DNA of 62,872 nucleotides, the filler included, from Dugesia japonica (taxonomy: Eukaryota): assembly GCA_001938525.1 (NCBI GenBank). It is 6 parts of 6 records of this genome, joined end to end, with 100 filler letters (N's around TTAATTAATTAA, not from the genome) between each part and the next. Parts side by side here need not be neighbours in the genome. Positions count along the whole stretch, not along the records: positions 21,056 to 31,905 come from MQRL01585358.1; positions 32,006 to 41,247 come from MQRL01578216.1; 4 more parts are not named here. One strand, written 5' to 3'. The notes under the pieces are model-generated. The model was not told where the DNA came from. It ran no database searches and worked only from the letters and a program-made list of their open reading frames with translations. The position numbers and the translations under genes were made by a program. Below, one piece after another: positions 28,111 to 38,809 of the stretch (the first letter of the stretch is position 1; every line of letters begins with the position of its first letter).

Positions 28111-28716
28111 CTTCACACTTCCTGTTGTTTATCTTATGAGGCGTGAATTAAATTTTTAATCATACGTGTGTCAATACCACACGTAATAATTAAGGCTGGA
28201 ATATTTCAACGAATCAAAATAGCGATACGGATAGACATTAACTTCCACACACTTATGTATACCGAATCTGTTTATATGTCAACATCTACAGAAAGCTATC
28301 AAATTACCATTGCCATTACTTTGCTTTTAATTTCTTTGAGATTGTCTTCAATTATTGATGTTGAAGTACGACCAGAACGATGTGCATCTACTATCGACTC
28401 ACAATATTCTCTGATGAGCTTATGTTTCTTGAATACAGATTTTCTTGAAAGTGATTGATCAATAAATTATTTCTACATTACTTTATGCCTCTTCATAGCA
28501 TTAATTTTATTTTTCACGCAAAACGTAATGTAATTTCTTTGTTCAAATACATAATCCATTTTAAGAATCGAAAAAGGATAAAAAAAATACGAATAAACAA
28601 AGAAACTATAAATATCAAAGGTAAGCATAATAAATTGAAATAAATTTACATTTGTAACTAAAATTTNGACCAACATAAGGGAAGAATATTTTGACTACCG
28701 CACGAGCTTATAATTA

Positions 28717-29051
28717 AAACTCCATTATTTAGTTGGCAGTTAACATCATTGATTATGAATCATAAATTTATTATAATTGAAACAGCTGATGGGTATTGGT
28801 CAATAGAGAAAAATAATGCAGGTATTTGGATACAGAAATCTAAAAATCTATTTGATGTTAAAGGGAAAATTGGTAATGATTTTCGACCAAGAGAACCAAA
28901 CCTCCTTGATGGAAAATCTGGAAGATTTGTTACTTTGGAAGTCCTAATGGAATATATTAATGAAATTGAACTAGGTATTATTTACTATTACCTTGATCAT
29001 TTTAAAAATTGCAAAGGATTTGCTGAGAGAATCTTTAACTTTATTATATAA
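28717..29051 (+). CDS. Permuted papain-like (PPPDE/LRAT-like NlpC/P60) domain, gene or pseudogene
   Basis: KTPLFSWQLT..IMNHKFIIIET.DGYWSIEKN..GI.IQ.S...Y.....NCKGFAERIF: His followed by the NC nucleophile motif; an upstream in-frame TGA leaves integrity uncertain. Confidence 0.55.
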
Positions 29052-31324
29052 TCTTAATGTTTGTCATTAATATTTATTTTGCGTCATGTACACCTGTTTT
29101 TATATTAAAATAAATATATATTGGTATTACATCATAATTTAGTAAATTTAAATTCAGTTTATGATTAAAATAAAATTAGAGTGCCTTAAAATGTTCATTA
29201 ATATTCATTAAAACAAATTAATTTGGTAAACATTAAATTTAGAATTGATTGAAAATTGAATTATTTATTATCGATTTATTCTATTAGATTGATAGATTTA
29301 TCAAAATGATAACGTTTATCATATTTAATTCGAATTTGTAAATAATCAAGTAAGTAGTTTTTTATTAAAATCAATTTCAATAATAGTTAATTTAAACTTT
29401 TAGGAAATCTTTACTAAGTTAGCAAGTATAAACTATGATAAAATGTATGATAATCGTCTGAATTACAATAGGTGAACAGTGCACCACTGGAACAAAGATA
29501 TTTTTTTACTCCACCTTACAATTAATTTCGAAATAAATATTCAGTTATTATACAAAGAATAAAAGTAAATATCAGAAAAAATATTTTATTAATTTATATT
29601 TAGAAACAGAAAAATAATTTTCAAGTGATTTAATTTGATGAATTTCTCAATAATTATTCATCATACAATTTCTTATTAGTTAAATTGTAAAAATAATTAC
29701 ATATTCATCCTTATTTATATAGATTATGAATATTACACTAAAAAAGTTTAACATATTAATTATGACAATCGAATTCTTACCGGATAATAAGTTGCTAGAA
29801 TTTTGATTGGATCCCTATAATATAAAAAAATTAAATTTATATACATAAAATCTTAAAAGTTTAAGAGATGAATTTAATATGGAAATCTTAACAGATATGA
29901 AAAAATAAACAAACACACAGCAAGTACACACATACACATGTTTTTATCAAAAATTAATAAGTTTTTAAAAGTTTAAGAGTTAGAATTTTAAAAATTTAAA
30001 TTATTGTTAGATCTAACAATTTAATTTAATTTTTCCAAATTTTGCTTTAAAAATATGCGTGTAGGTATATTAATTGGACATAAATAATTTGATATAATAA
30101 TAACAATAAATAACTAAGGGAACGATTTTTTTATTTTCTAAACTTTATTAAAATAATCAAATATAATTTACAAATAAAAATTACAATTTTCACAAGGGTT
30201 GATTAATTTTAGGAATAGCAAAAACCGCTCTATAGTGATTTTAATAGAAAGATTAATACCGGTATTACAATATCGTCCTATTAAGAAATGAATGGTGAGA
30301 CTGAATTGCCTCACCACACGTAATAGATACAAGAGTAATTTGGGGCGATATTTGGTAACAACTAAACAAGTAATAAATCAGTGTTTAAACCTTTGTGTTA
30401 TTACTTAAATATTTATTTTGAAATAATAATAATNAGTTACTGATTTTTACTATTTCACTTAATAAAATATAAATTAAAATTTACCTAAATTTTAGCTTTC
30501 GAAACTTTTTTAATATCACTGCTATTAATTAGCCAAAAATATTTGTGTAGAAATCAAAACTGCTATTTAGCTTTAAAAATTTTTCTAATTTTTTTTGTGT
30601 TACACTGCTATTAATTAGCTAATCAATTTTTTTGCCATTCTACACTGATTTTGAAATCATTATTTATACTATTATTTTAAAAGTAAATTTGCATAGTGTT
30701 ATGCATAAATTCTTTGTTTTANAAAATTTTGAATAAAATTATGCAATTAATCTACATAGAATCGTGTCAACAAAAATGGTAATTTTTATTACCTAAAAAT
30801 GCAAATTAATTGTAAATTGCAAAACTTTTGGTCTTATTAACCATCTAGAAAAATACTTTATTATTATTATTTTTTATTAGATTATTTTATTTTTATTAAA
30901 ATAATATTGAATCAATAAATTTTATAAATCATTAAAATATGTAAGTCTAGCTTACAATCCTAACAATATGAATTGCGAAAATTTTGATTAAGTCAGCAAT
31001 TTTCCAAGTAGTGGTAAAGGATAAAATATTTCTCTAAAATTTTATTACAATAACATTAAATATTTTTACCCGCAATGCTTGTTGTTGAAGGATATTTGGT
31101 AAAAATATAATATTTTCTTCTATTTCTTCTACTATATAATTATATCTAAAGTTTTTCATGTAATTATTAATAATTATTAATAATATAAAGATAATTGTTT
31201 TACAAAATTTTTATTGAAATTATTAAAATCCATTATAAATTATCTTTCATAAAAAAACATTTTTAAAAATAAAAATTTTTTTACTAATAAAAACTAACTA
31301 CATTAATAATTCTAGCTGTTAAAC

Positions 31325-31900
31325 TTATACCAGTGAAATTATACCAATTAAATTATTATTGGACAACATTTTATTAAGTCTGTTGTGTATTATTGTTAGG
31401 GTGCAACACCAGCTTAAGGCAAATAAAATGGCGTAAGTAAACACGAAATTCGAAAAATCTACATAAGAAAATGAAGAATTCGGACCCAAGAAAGGCATAA
31501 TATAGTTGGAGAGAAGAATGAAGAAAGCCAAAATTGGATAAGAAGGCCAAAATTCGTGCGAAGGACGAAAGAACTAGANNNNNNNNNNNNNNNNNNNNNN
31601 AAATAAAAAAGCCAACAAAGTAAAGAAGCGGTAATCAGAACAACGAAAATAATAAACGATAGCCAAGGAACTGATTCATTAATTAAAAAGAAGAAAAGGA
31701 AAGTCATGATTGGTAATCAAAACCAACGAAATAACCGAAATCACAGCAAGAAACAACTCTGAAATAAGTAAACCAAAGAAGAAAAGAAGTAATAAAACAT
31801 GTGGCAGGACGACAAAAAACTAATGATTAACAATTATTTCATTGGTCAAAATCAAGAAAATCACATGGAATTAATATATGAGGAAAGAAAAATTAATTAA
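31325..31900 (-). pseudogene. Multi-transmembrane F/L/S-rich remnant, possible NUMT (nad2-like)
   Basis: One frame reads SMWFSWFWPMK*LLIISF...SCFLLWFRLFRWFWLPIMTFLFFF if five in-frame TGA are read as Trp. Confidence 0.3.
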
Positions 31901-32110
31901 ATGAANNNNNNNNNNNNNNNNNNNNNNNNNNNNNNNNNNNNNNNNNNNNTTAATTAATTAANNNNNNNNNNNNNNNNNNNNNNNNNNNNNNNNNNNNNNN
32001 NNNNNTTCTCCAATGTCTGATATCAAACTGAATAATACACGGTATATTTTAATAAATGTCTGAACACCCGCTTGATTTTGACCTGATTTTAATAATTTTA
32101 TTAATTTTAT

Positions 32111-32128
32111 TCCCGGTTCGCGGCACCA
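32111..32128 (-). other. Primer-binding site, tRNA-Phe-like
   Basis: TGGTGCCGCGAACCGGGA, 18 nt, 4 nt downstream of the LTR end ...CCCAACA; close to the canonical Phe PBS TGGTGCCGAAACCCGGGA. Confidence 0.8.
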
Positions 32129-32132
32129 AATT

Positions 32133-33025
32133 TGTTGGGTATTGCAACTCAACAAAATATTTTATGGTTCGTAAAAATATAATTAAGATTTCATGGGTGT
32201 TAAATTCTTTATCCTTAATTGTGTGTCGATACGATATTATATAATCAATATGTGACAATGTAAATAAATTGATATAGTGTATTTCCTATTTAAATAAATA
32301 AAATCAACATTTTAAAATACTTTTATTATTTTTGATATATATCGATAACTACACAGAGTATCACTTATAACTTATAGAGCTAAATTTAATTATCAGAAGT
32401 ACTGCCTCACTTANNNNNNNNNNNNNNNNNNNNNNNNNNNNNNNNNNNNNNNNNNNNNNNNNNNNNNNNNNNNNNNNNNNNNNNNNNNNNNNNNNNNNNN
32501 NNNNNNNNNNNNNNNNNNNNNNNNNNNNNNNNNNNNNNNNCAATAAAATTTTATTCATTTAGATATTTTTTTACCAAAATTAATTGTTTTCAAAAATAAC
32601 TCTATAAAACATTTTCACAAAATAAATTGCTTTCCAAAATAAATTTAAAAATATTTTACAATTACAATAAAATAAATTCAATGAACTAAAAACAAAACTA
32701 AATACACTATTTAATTCATGAATTATAAACTAAAATATTAAATTCAACAGAATTAATAATTCAGATAAACAATGTCAGAAAATAGAATTATAACAATAAA
32801 ATGTTCAATTCAACAGAATTAATAAGTCAGATAAACAATGTCAGATACTGGATAAGTCAAATTGATTTGAGTTGGATCTGTTTGGGATTTGAATTTTGAC
32901 TCGCACAATTTGATTTGTTTGAATTAACTCTGCTTTGGGAGATTGTTTCGACTTTGAAGATTGATCAAATGTATGTGTGTATTGTTTTGCATGTTATGTG
33001 TTTGCCTGTTGTGTGTAACTCAACA
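32133..33025 (-). repeat. 5' LTR (~890 bp, TGTTG...CAACA) of a sister of the cargo-carrying element
   Basis: 5-bp inverted termini; PBS follows; homologous blocks and matching length with the LTR at 34260-35139. Confidence 0.8.
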
Positions 33026-33320
33026 CATGCATTATTCTTAGCTTTGATTGGTGATTAATCATAATCATAATGAAATAATTTTAACTAAATAATTTTCTAA
33101 TTAAATGAAACAATAAATGTTTTGTTTAAATTCATTGTTTACAAGCATTTAAAAGTATTCAAATTTATTTAAATAATAACAACAATGATAAAAAAAAATA
33201 ATAATAATAATAATGATAATAATAATAATAAAAATAAAAATAATCAAACCTCTTATATTGCTGCTCTTCTAACTGTCTTTAGACTATTATTTATTAAAAT
33301 TAATCTAGACTTAATAAATC

Positions 33321-33611
33321 TTATGCTATTGGAAGTATTATTGTTATAAAGCTACCATTTTGTTCGTACAATACCGTTTTCATCACTTTCTTATTCTTGT
33401 TATTTACAATTGATAACAAAGAATTTCTACGTTTTTCTAATACTTTTCTTTGCTCTTCGTTTAAAGTTACATTATCACTAGCAATATTTACAATAATCTC
33501 GAGTAAATCATCAATAACGAATGATGGAAATAATTGCAGAATTTTCATTCTCTTCATACTAGGAGAATGTATTAATGCTTTAAAGAATGATTTACTTCGT
33601 TCTAAATTCAT
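33321..33611 (-). CDS. Polinton/adintovirus-type small basic virion protein (GG|F-motif protein), likely decayed
   Basis: Pattern KAL..SP..R.KIL......I..L.EI..NI...NV.L...Q.K.L......L.........K..L.Q.G(S/G)F...ILP matches the small Polinton protein ending Q.GGFL..LLP. Confidence 0.55.
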   Translation of the reverse strand: MNLERSKSFFKALIHSPSMKRMKILQLFPSFVIDDLLEIIVNIASDNVTLNEEQRKVLEKRRNSLLSIVNNKNKKVMKTVLYEQNGSFITIILPIA

Positions 33612-34259
33612 CTTCTGTTTAAATAGATAAATAATACTAAGTTGTTTTTAATATTATCAATAAACATTAAATTAATAATCTTCCTGTTTCTTACGATACT
33701 TTTTACGTTATTTTACCTTATTTACCCTATTTTATATTATTTTACAGGATTAACTATATTTTTTCATATNNNNNNNNNNNNNNNNNNNNNNNNNNNNNNN
33801 NNNNNNNNNNNNNNNNNNNTTTGCCTGATTTCCTCATCTTTTGACTGATTTGCCCGATTTCCCCATATTTTGCTCGATTTTCCAATATTTTGTTCTGTTT
33901 TACCACAATTTACCCTATTTCCCCATATTTTTTTCACATTTAAGTAATAAGCTTTGAATATCAATAATGAGACTAGGTTTAATTTATTATATGATTACGA
34001 AACAAGATAAGCCTCTATTAATAGGTTATGGTTTATTTTATTTGATAAAGGATTAAGTCCAATACAATTTGAGATCAATATGGTTTCAACATGAAAATGA
34101 TAGGTTTATTTTGTGACAAATAGGTATTTCTTTTAATAAATTCCTTCACTTTTTGCCTTCATACTTGCTTGCTTCCTGATTCCTTGCGTGCACTTTGATT
34201 GTCATGGGTTTATTTATTTAATCGTTTATTTGCGAATCTAGCTTCACTATTTATAGTAT

Positions 34260-35139
34260 TGTTGGGTATCTAAATCAACAAAAGATTTTTATATGGTTCG
34301 ATAAACGGTTGGGTGTTATTAATTTTTGGTAAAGAAATTTTTGTGATAATGTTTATCAATGTATGTCAATGCAGTATTATATAAATGTAATATCTTAATC
34401 AAATTATAAATAGGGTAATATTTGTATCAATAATTAAAAACACACCTTTAAAGAAAGTAATATTTTTNATATATAACAAATATAAATTTGTATTATAACT
34501 ACAACTTATAGCGCTCAGATTAGCTTTAAAGTAGANAAGCCAATCAAAGAGATAGGTTCTCTAAATTAAAATTGTCTGACAATAAACTGACATACGTCAN
34601 TATTTATAGCAAAATTGACGTTAGGCCTTCATGCATTGACCTCGTGTTTATATAAAATTTTCCATAAAAATCATAATTGATTTATCAATTTACATAAAAA
34701 TAAATTATATTCAATAAAAATTTTATACACAAAATTTTCCATGATCATAAAATAAATTATATATCTTAATTGTTTATGTAATAAACTAATAGTCTAAATT
34801 GTTTATACAATAAAACCAATAGACTTTTGAATAATCCAAATTTTTCATGAAATATAATGTCACATTACAATATAATAAAATTGAATTCCAATAAAATATG
34901 ATATCACAATAAAATATAATGTCAATCCATTTTTAAATATAATGTTAGCAAATTTGAGTCAGCACATTTGATCCGCACATTTGAGTTGGATTGATTTTCA
35001 GGGATTGATATTTATTTGAGGACTTGAGCCAATAATTGATTTAGGAATTTGTCTCTGTTATGTTTGTTGTGTGCTGTATATATTTTGCTCTGCTATGTAT
35101 TGTGTGTTGCTTGTCTATTTTAATTATTAAACCTCAACA
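34260..35139 (-). repeat. 3' LTR (880 bp, TGTTG...CAACA) of the cargo-carrying retroelement
   Basis: Begins TGTTGAGG 4 nt after a polypurine tract; ends CCCAACA with no PBS; contains an ATTGG (CCAAT) box and a TATAAG box near 34500-34545. Confidence 0.82.
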
Positions 35140-36434
35140 AACGTTCCCTCTCTGAAAAAGATGCTCCGTCATCTTTGGGTAAACGCGAAATAGGGACATG
35201 CAATATCGAGATACGGTGAAAAGACATTACTGGAACAGGGTTCATTAAAGATACATGCCGGGAACTTGGCTTCTGGATATATGGGGGATGGGGAAACCGA
35301 AGAACTTCGGGAAAAGATATCTATATCTCCTGCTTTGGAATGACGGGTAAGTATTCTGGCAGGCTGGTGTCTTCTAGCTCAGCTTTCATCCGCAATTGCC
35401 TGTAATCTTTTATTGTTTTTTTCTATTTCCATTCTTGTTATTGTAGCGTGCGTATACATATAACTTAACGGGCCAAGTGATTTCGGGATAGATACGGTAT
35501 TTATGGTGATATACAGCGACCAAATTTTTGTATGTTCAGGTAAAAATTGGTATTGGAAATGTGCTGGGTTTTCATGATCGATTTCAATCAGATCTGTGGT
35601 TGTAATATATCCACTTACGCGAAACGGGGTACTATCTGGCGGGTTATTGAGAAATTGCATCTTTTGTTTCTCATTTAAAAATGTTCGATGGAATACGGCG
35701 GATTGGTACATAAAGGCAGTATTTTGTAGGATAGTATGATGCACTAAAAGTTTGAATTTTTCAGCATCTATGGTTTTTTGAGTGAACGTTTTCTCATATT
35801 GTAGTTTATCTAGTATCTTAATGTGGAACGTAAAATATGTTCTCTCAGTCTTCAATATTTTAATTAACTGGTGCTTCTGTTTTTTCGAAAACTGACCATA
35901 ACTAACTGCTCGAATATCGTTGTTAATTTGTTTCATTGACAAGGAGTCATGATGGATGAAGATGTCTTGAAATTTGCTGACCGGGTCCCAACAGTCAGGG
36001 ATATCTCTTTGCTCAATAAAAGGAGTGAGGTGGGCAAAACTCGTACTATTGTTATATGGCATTTTTATCATGAGGGTTAGGGAGACAATTTGTACAATAG
36101 AAGGTTTCTTAACGTAACAGAAGGTTACACGGCATAATTTAGTGTCATAGATTCTCTGGGATCGACACGAAGGACACGGTACATTATTGGAGTTGACTAT
36201 ATTAAACTATTCTGTTATTCAAGCAAAGCAAAAAAAGTGCCCACATAGTGCTATACGAGGTAAGATAGGTTGATCATAACATAGAGGGCATATAGGTTTA
36301 TCGGTGATAAGCAACGTAACTAGTGTAATATCTGACCAACAATAAGGGTTTATTAAGTTCCGGTATTTCTCATATAAAGTTATGCGTGCTGACTGTAATA
36401 AAAATAATTGTTGTGCTTAATAACTGGGATTCAT
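35120..36434 (-). pseudogene. Intronless RNF10/Mag2-like C3HC4 RING E3 ubiquitin ligase carried as retroelement cargo
   Basis: In frame upstream of ORF 35379-36071: W.DITLV......PICPLCYDQPILPRIALCGHFFCFA*ITE*F......PCPSCR (RING 36165-36290; the stops are single-base changes from Cys and Tyr codons), then L.LM.K; later FMYQSAVFHRTFLN and P.RVSGYI...QYQFLPEHT parallel the RNF10 YFYQAEDGQHMFLH and PEKISATV...RYLSHLP blocks; a frameshifted tail runs to 35120. Confidence 0.8.
35144..35153 (-). other. Polypurine tract
   Basis: AGAGAGGGAA just upstream of the LTR start. Confidence 0.7.
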
Positions 36435-36520
36435 TCTAAAANAAATACAATATTAATGATAGGGTTAGAGAGTGATACTATAATAACAATAGATAAATAC
36501 AAATAATTTCTTTGTTTATG

Positions 36521-38672
36521 TCAATTATTGTTAATTGAAAGTGTAAGTGTGGCACCTTTTTCTGTGACAGCGATGGTGTTAAGCAAAACATTTTCAACAA
36601 AACATTTTAATGCCTTTTTATTATCCTTTTTTATGGTTCTTAATCTAATGCGTTTTCTTCCAAACTGTAACTGCATATCCTTACCCGATATTCGTTTCAA
36701 AGTTATTTTTGCTTTATTACTATTACCATCAAACTTATCTATTTTTAGAGCTTTATTTAAATTGATTGTGTCCGTACTAGGTTCGTATATATCAATTTGT
36801 GGTTCCGGACCTAGATCATCACTGTCGCTATCTATTTGATATGGTATCCCCTCACAATCTCCTTTCACCTGATCCTATCTGAGGTCTTCTACCTCTTTAC
36901 CTTACCAATGCTCAGTTTCACTTTCAGACTCCTTTTGTTTTCTCGTTTGTTCTGGAATTTCTTCATCCCCAGATGCATCCATATCTGTTTGTATCCCTTT
37001 GGGATTTTGTCGCATCATATCCTCAATTAATCTCTGCTGTTCACCAGCATCATTATGTGGTTTAAGCTCCTCGGGTAAGTCTTCCTCGTCCCACTCTATA
37101 TTTGTATCATCACTCATAGTAAATTGACTATCTGCACTTTTATTTGTCTCTTCTCCATCACTTTCCATATCAGAATCTAGTATCCATATTACACTCTCTG
37201 GTTTCTCCTTCTCTCTAATCAAAACCTCTTGCAGTATTGGTACATCATTTCCTACACCTTGTATAATTGGGTCCTTTCCAGGATATATAGAATCTTGCCA
37301 TGCTTGTTGAGTAATCATTTGCTTATGCGTAATTTTTATAAATGTTATTTGTTTCGCCGTTGATTCATGCGCTTTTTCTCTCGCCGTTTTCAAGATCTCT
37401 CTAATGACCCTATCTTATCTTATGGGTTTAAATACTGCTTTCATAATGTTGATCAATTTTAACTTTTTTATATTTGGAGTATACGTTTTACGTCATCTGT
37501 CTTCCACAAGATCTCTGATCCCAACAACATGCCTGTGGTCGATATGTAAACTTGTTAGCTTATTTCCTTATTCAAAGCGACTAGTATTTTTCCGTACAAT
37601 AGCTGCCGTGCTTTCAGAATTGTGGGATACGCATCTTTACATTTCCTTATCCTTTCATGGGTATACCATGTACTTTGCGTGTCGAAATGCTTTATCCTTT
37701 CTCGTGGACATAGGGTTTCATCCAATATAATCTCTCCCTTATTATTAAACATCGTCAACTCTACCACTTGCAAATTAAAATATGAATCCTTAACTGTTAT
37801 TATATCCACATATACTATTAATTGCTCTATATCGACTTCTGTTAAGATTGCATATTTGAGGAATGATGTATGGTTAATCAGGTTTATATAATTTATCGCA
37901 CAATGCCCTTTTATAGCAGTGTACGTAGGGAAAGGTATAGGAATACGATCATGATAAATTAACTCTACGCAAAGTACGGCTGAAATATCTTGGTTTACTT
38001 TTTGACTTTTATTTGGTTTACTCCCGGATCTATTTTTCCTTCCAATATCAGTGTGTTGTTTTCCAGCATATGTATATCTCTTTTTTTGTATGAGAATTTA
38101 ATAGGAGTTTTTGTAACATGTAGTCTAATCTCTTTAAGTACTCGTTTGTTGTTTAATACTGCTTCCTGTGGATCTTCTTCTATTTCTATATATCCTATTA
38201 ATTGTTGTAGTGAATATCTCCAAGCTTTTTGAAAGCGTATCATGATGACGTCTTTATCAAAAGTGTTGTTTTTTAAGACATTCGGGATTGTATTTACACC
38301 GTTAAATACTTCTATCCTAGGTTCACTATCTTTATCTTTGAACACAAAACTTTGTATATGGTTGTAAAAATGCGCGACACCTTTTGTGACTAAGGATGAG
38401 GAAGAAGGAATGTTTGCTGAGTATGTAGATTTGTTGTGTATTGTTTGTGTTGATTCGCTATTTTTGTTATCTTTCTTTGTTAGGTTATGTTCTGCTTGTT
38501 TATCTTGCTGTGTTTTCTTTATGTTACTATCTGATTTTGTTATATGTGTAATGTGCTGTTTTGCCTGCATTGTGTACTTTGTAAATGAATGGTATTTTGT
38601 GATCTGTCTATTATATATTCTATTGTATTCATTGATTTGACTTGATTCTGCTATCTTTGTTTGAAATGTTAT
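36521..38672 (-). pseudogene. ~715-codon cargo protein with a central ISG20/REXO4-like DEDDh exonuclease fold and an acidic region
   Basis: ORFs 37995-38570, 37555-37809, 36902-37393 and 36521-36868 join via two frameshifts and isolated stops; IVYVDII.V...QVVELTMFNNKGEIILDETLCP...FDTQ......I......TI.KARQLLYGKILVAL...L.IDH....IRD follows the REX4/ISG20 layout. Confidence 0.7.
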
Positions 38673-38809
38673 TTCTAAAATAATGCAATAATTAATTTCT
38701 GATTTTAAGGACTGACTATTCCTATATACTGCTACATCTACTAGTAGCTCATTATATAAATATATATATAATATAGATTATTTTCTTTTTTGAATTTTTT
38801 GCAGGGTGT

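Noticed and set aside
28168-28458. 96-aa ORF and its inverted twin 26120-26335
   Set aside because: No recognisable motif; the similarity reflects recent DNA duplication, not coding conservation
32133-35139. The two ~890-bp LTRs as the paired LTRs of one element enclosing the 33321-33611 ORF
   Set aside because: PBS and PPT lie on the outer sides, the LTRs are too diverged, and there is no shared TSD
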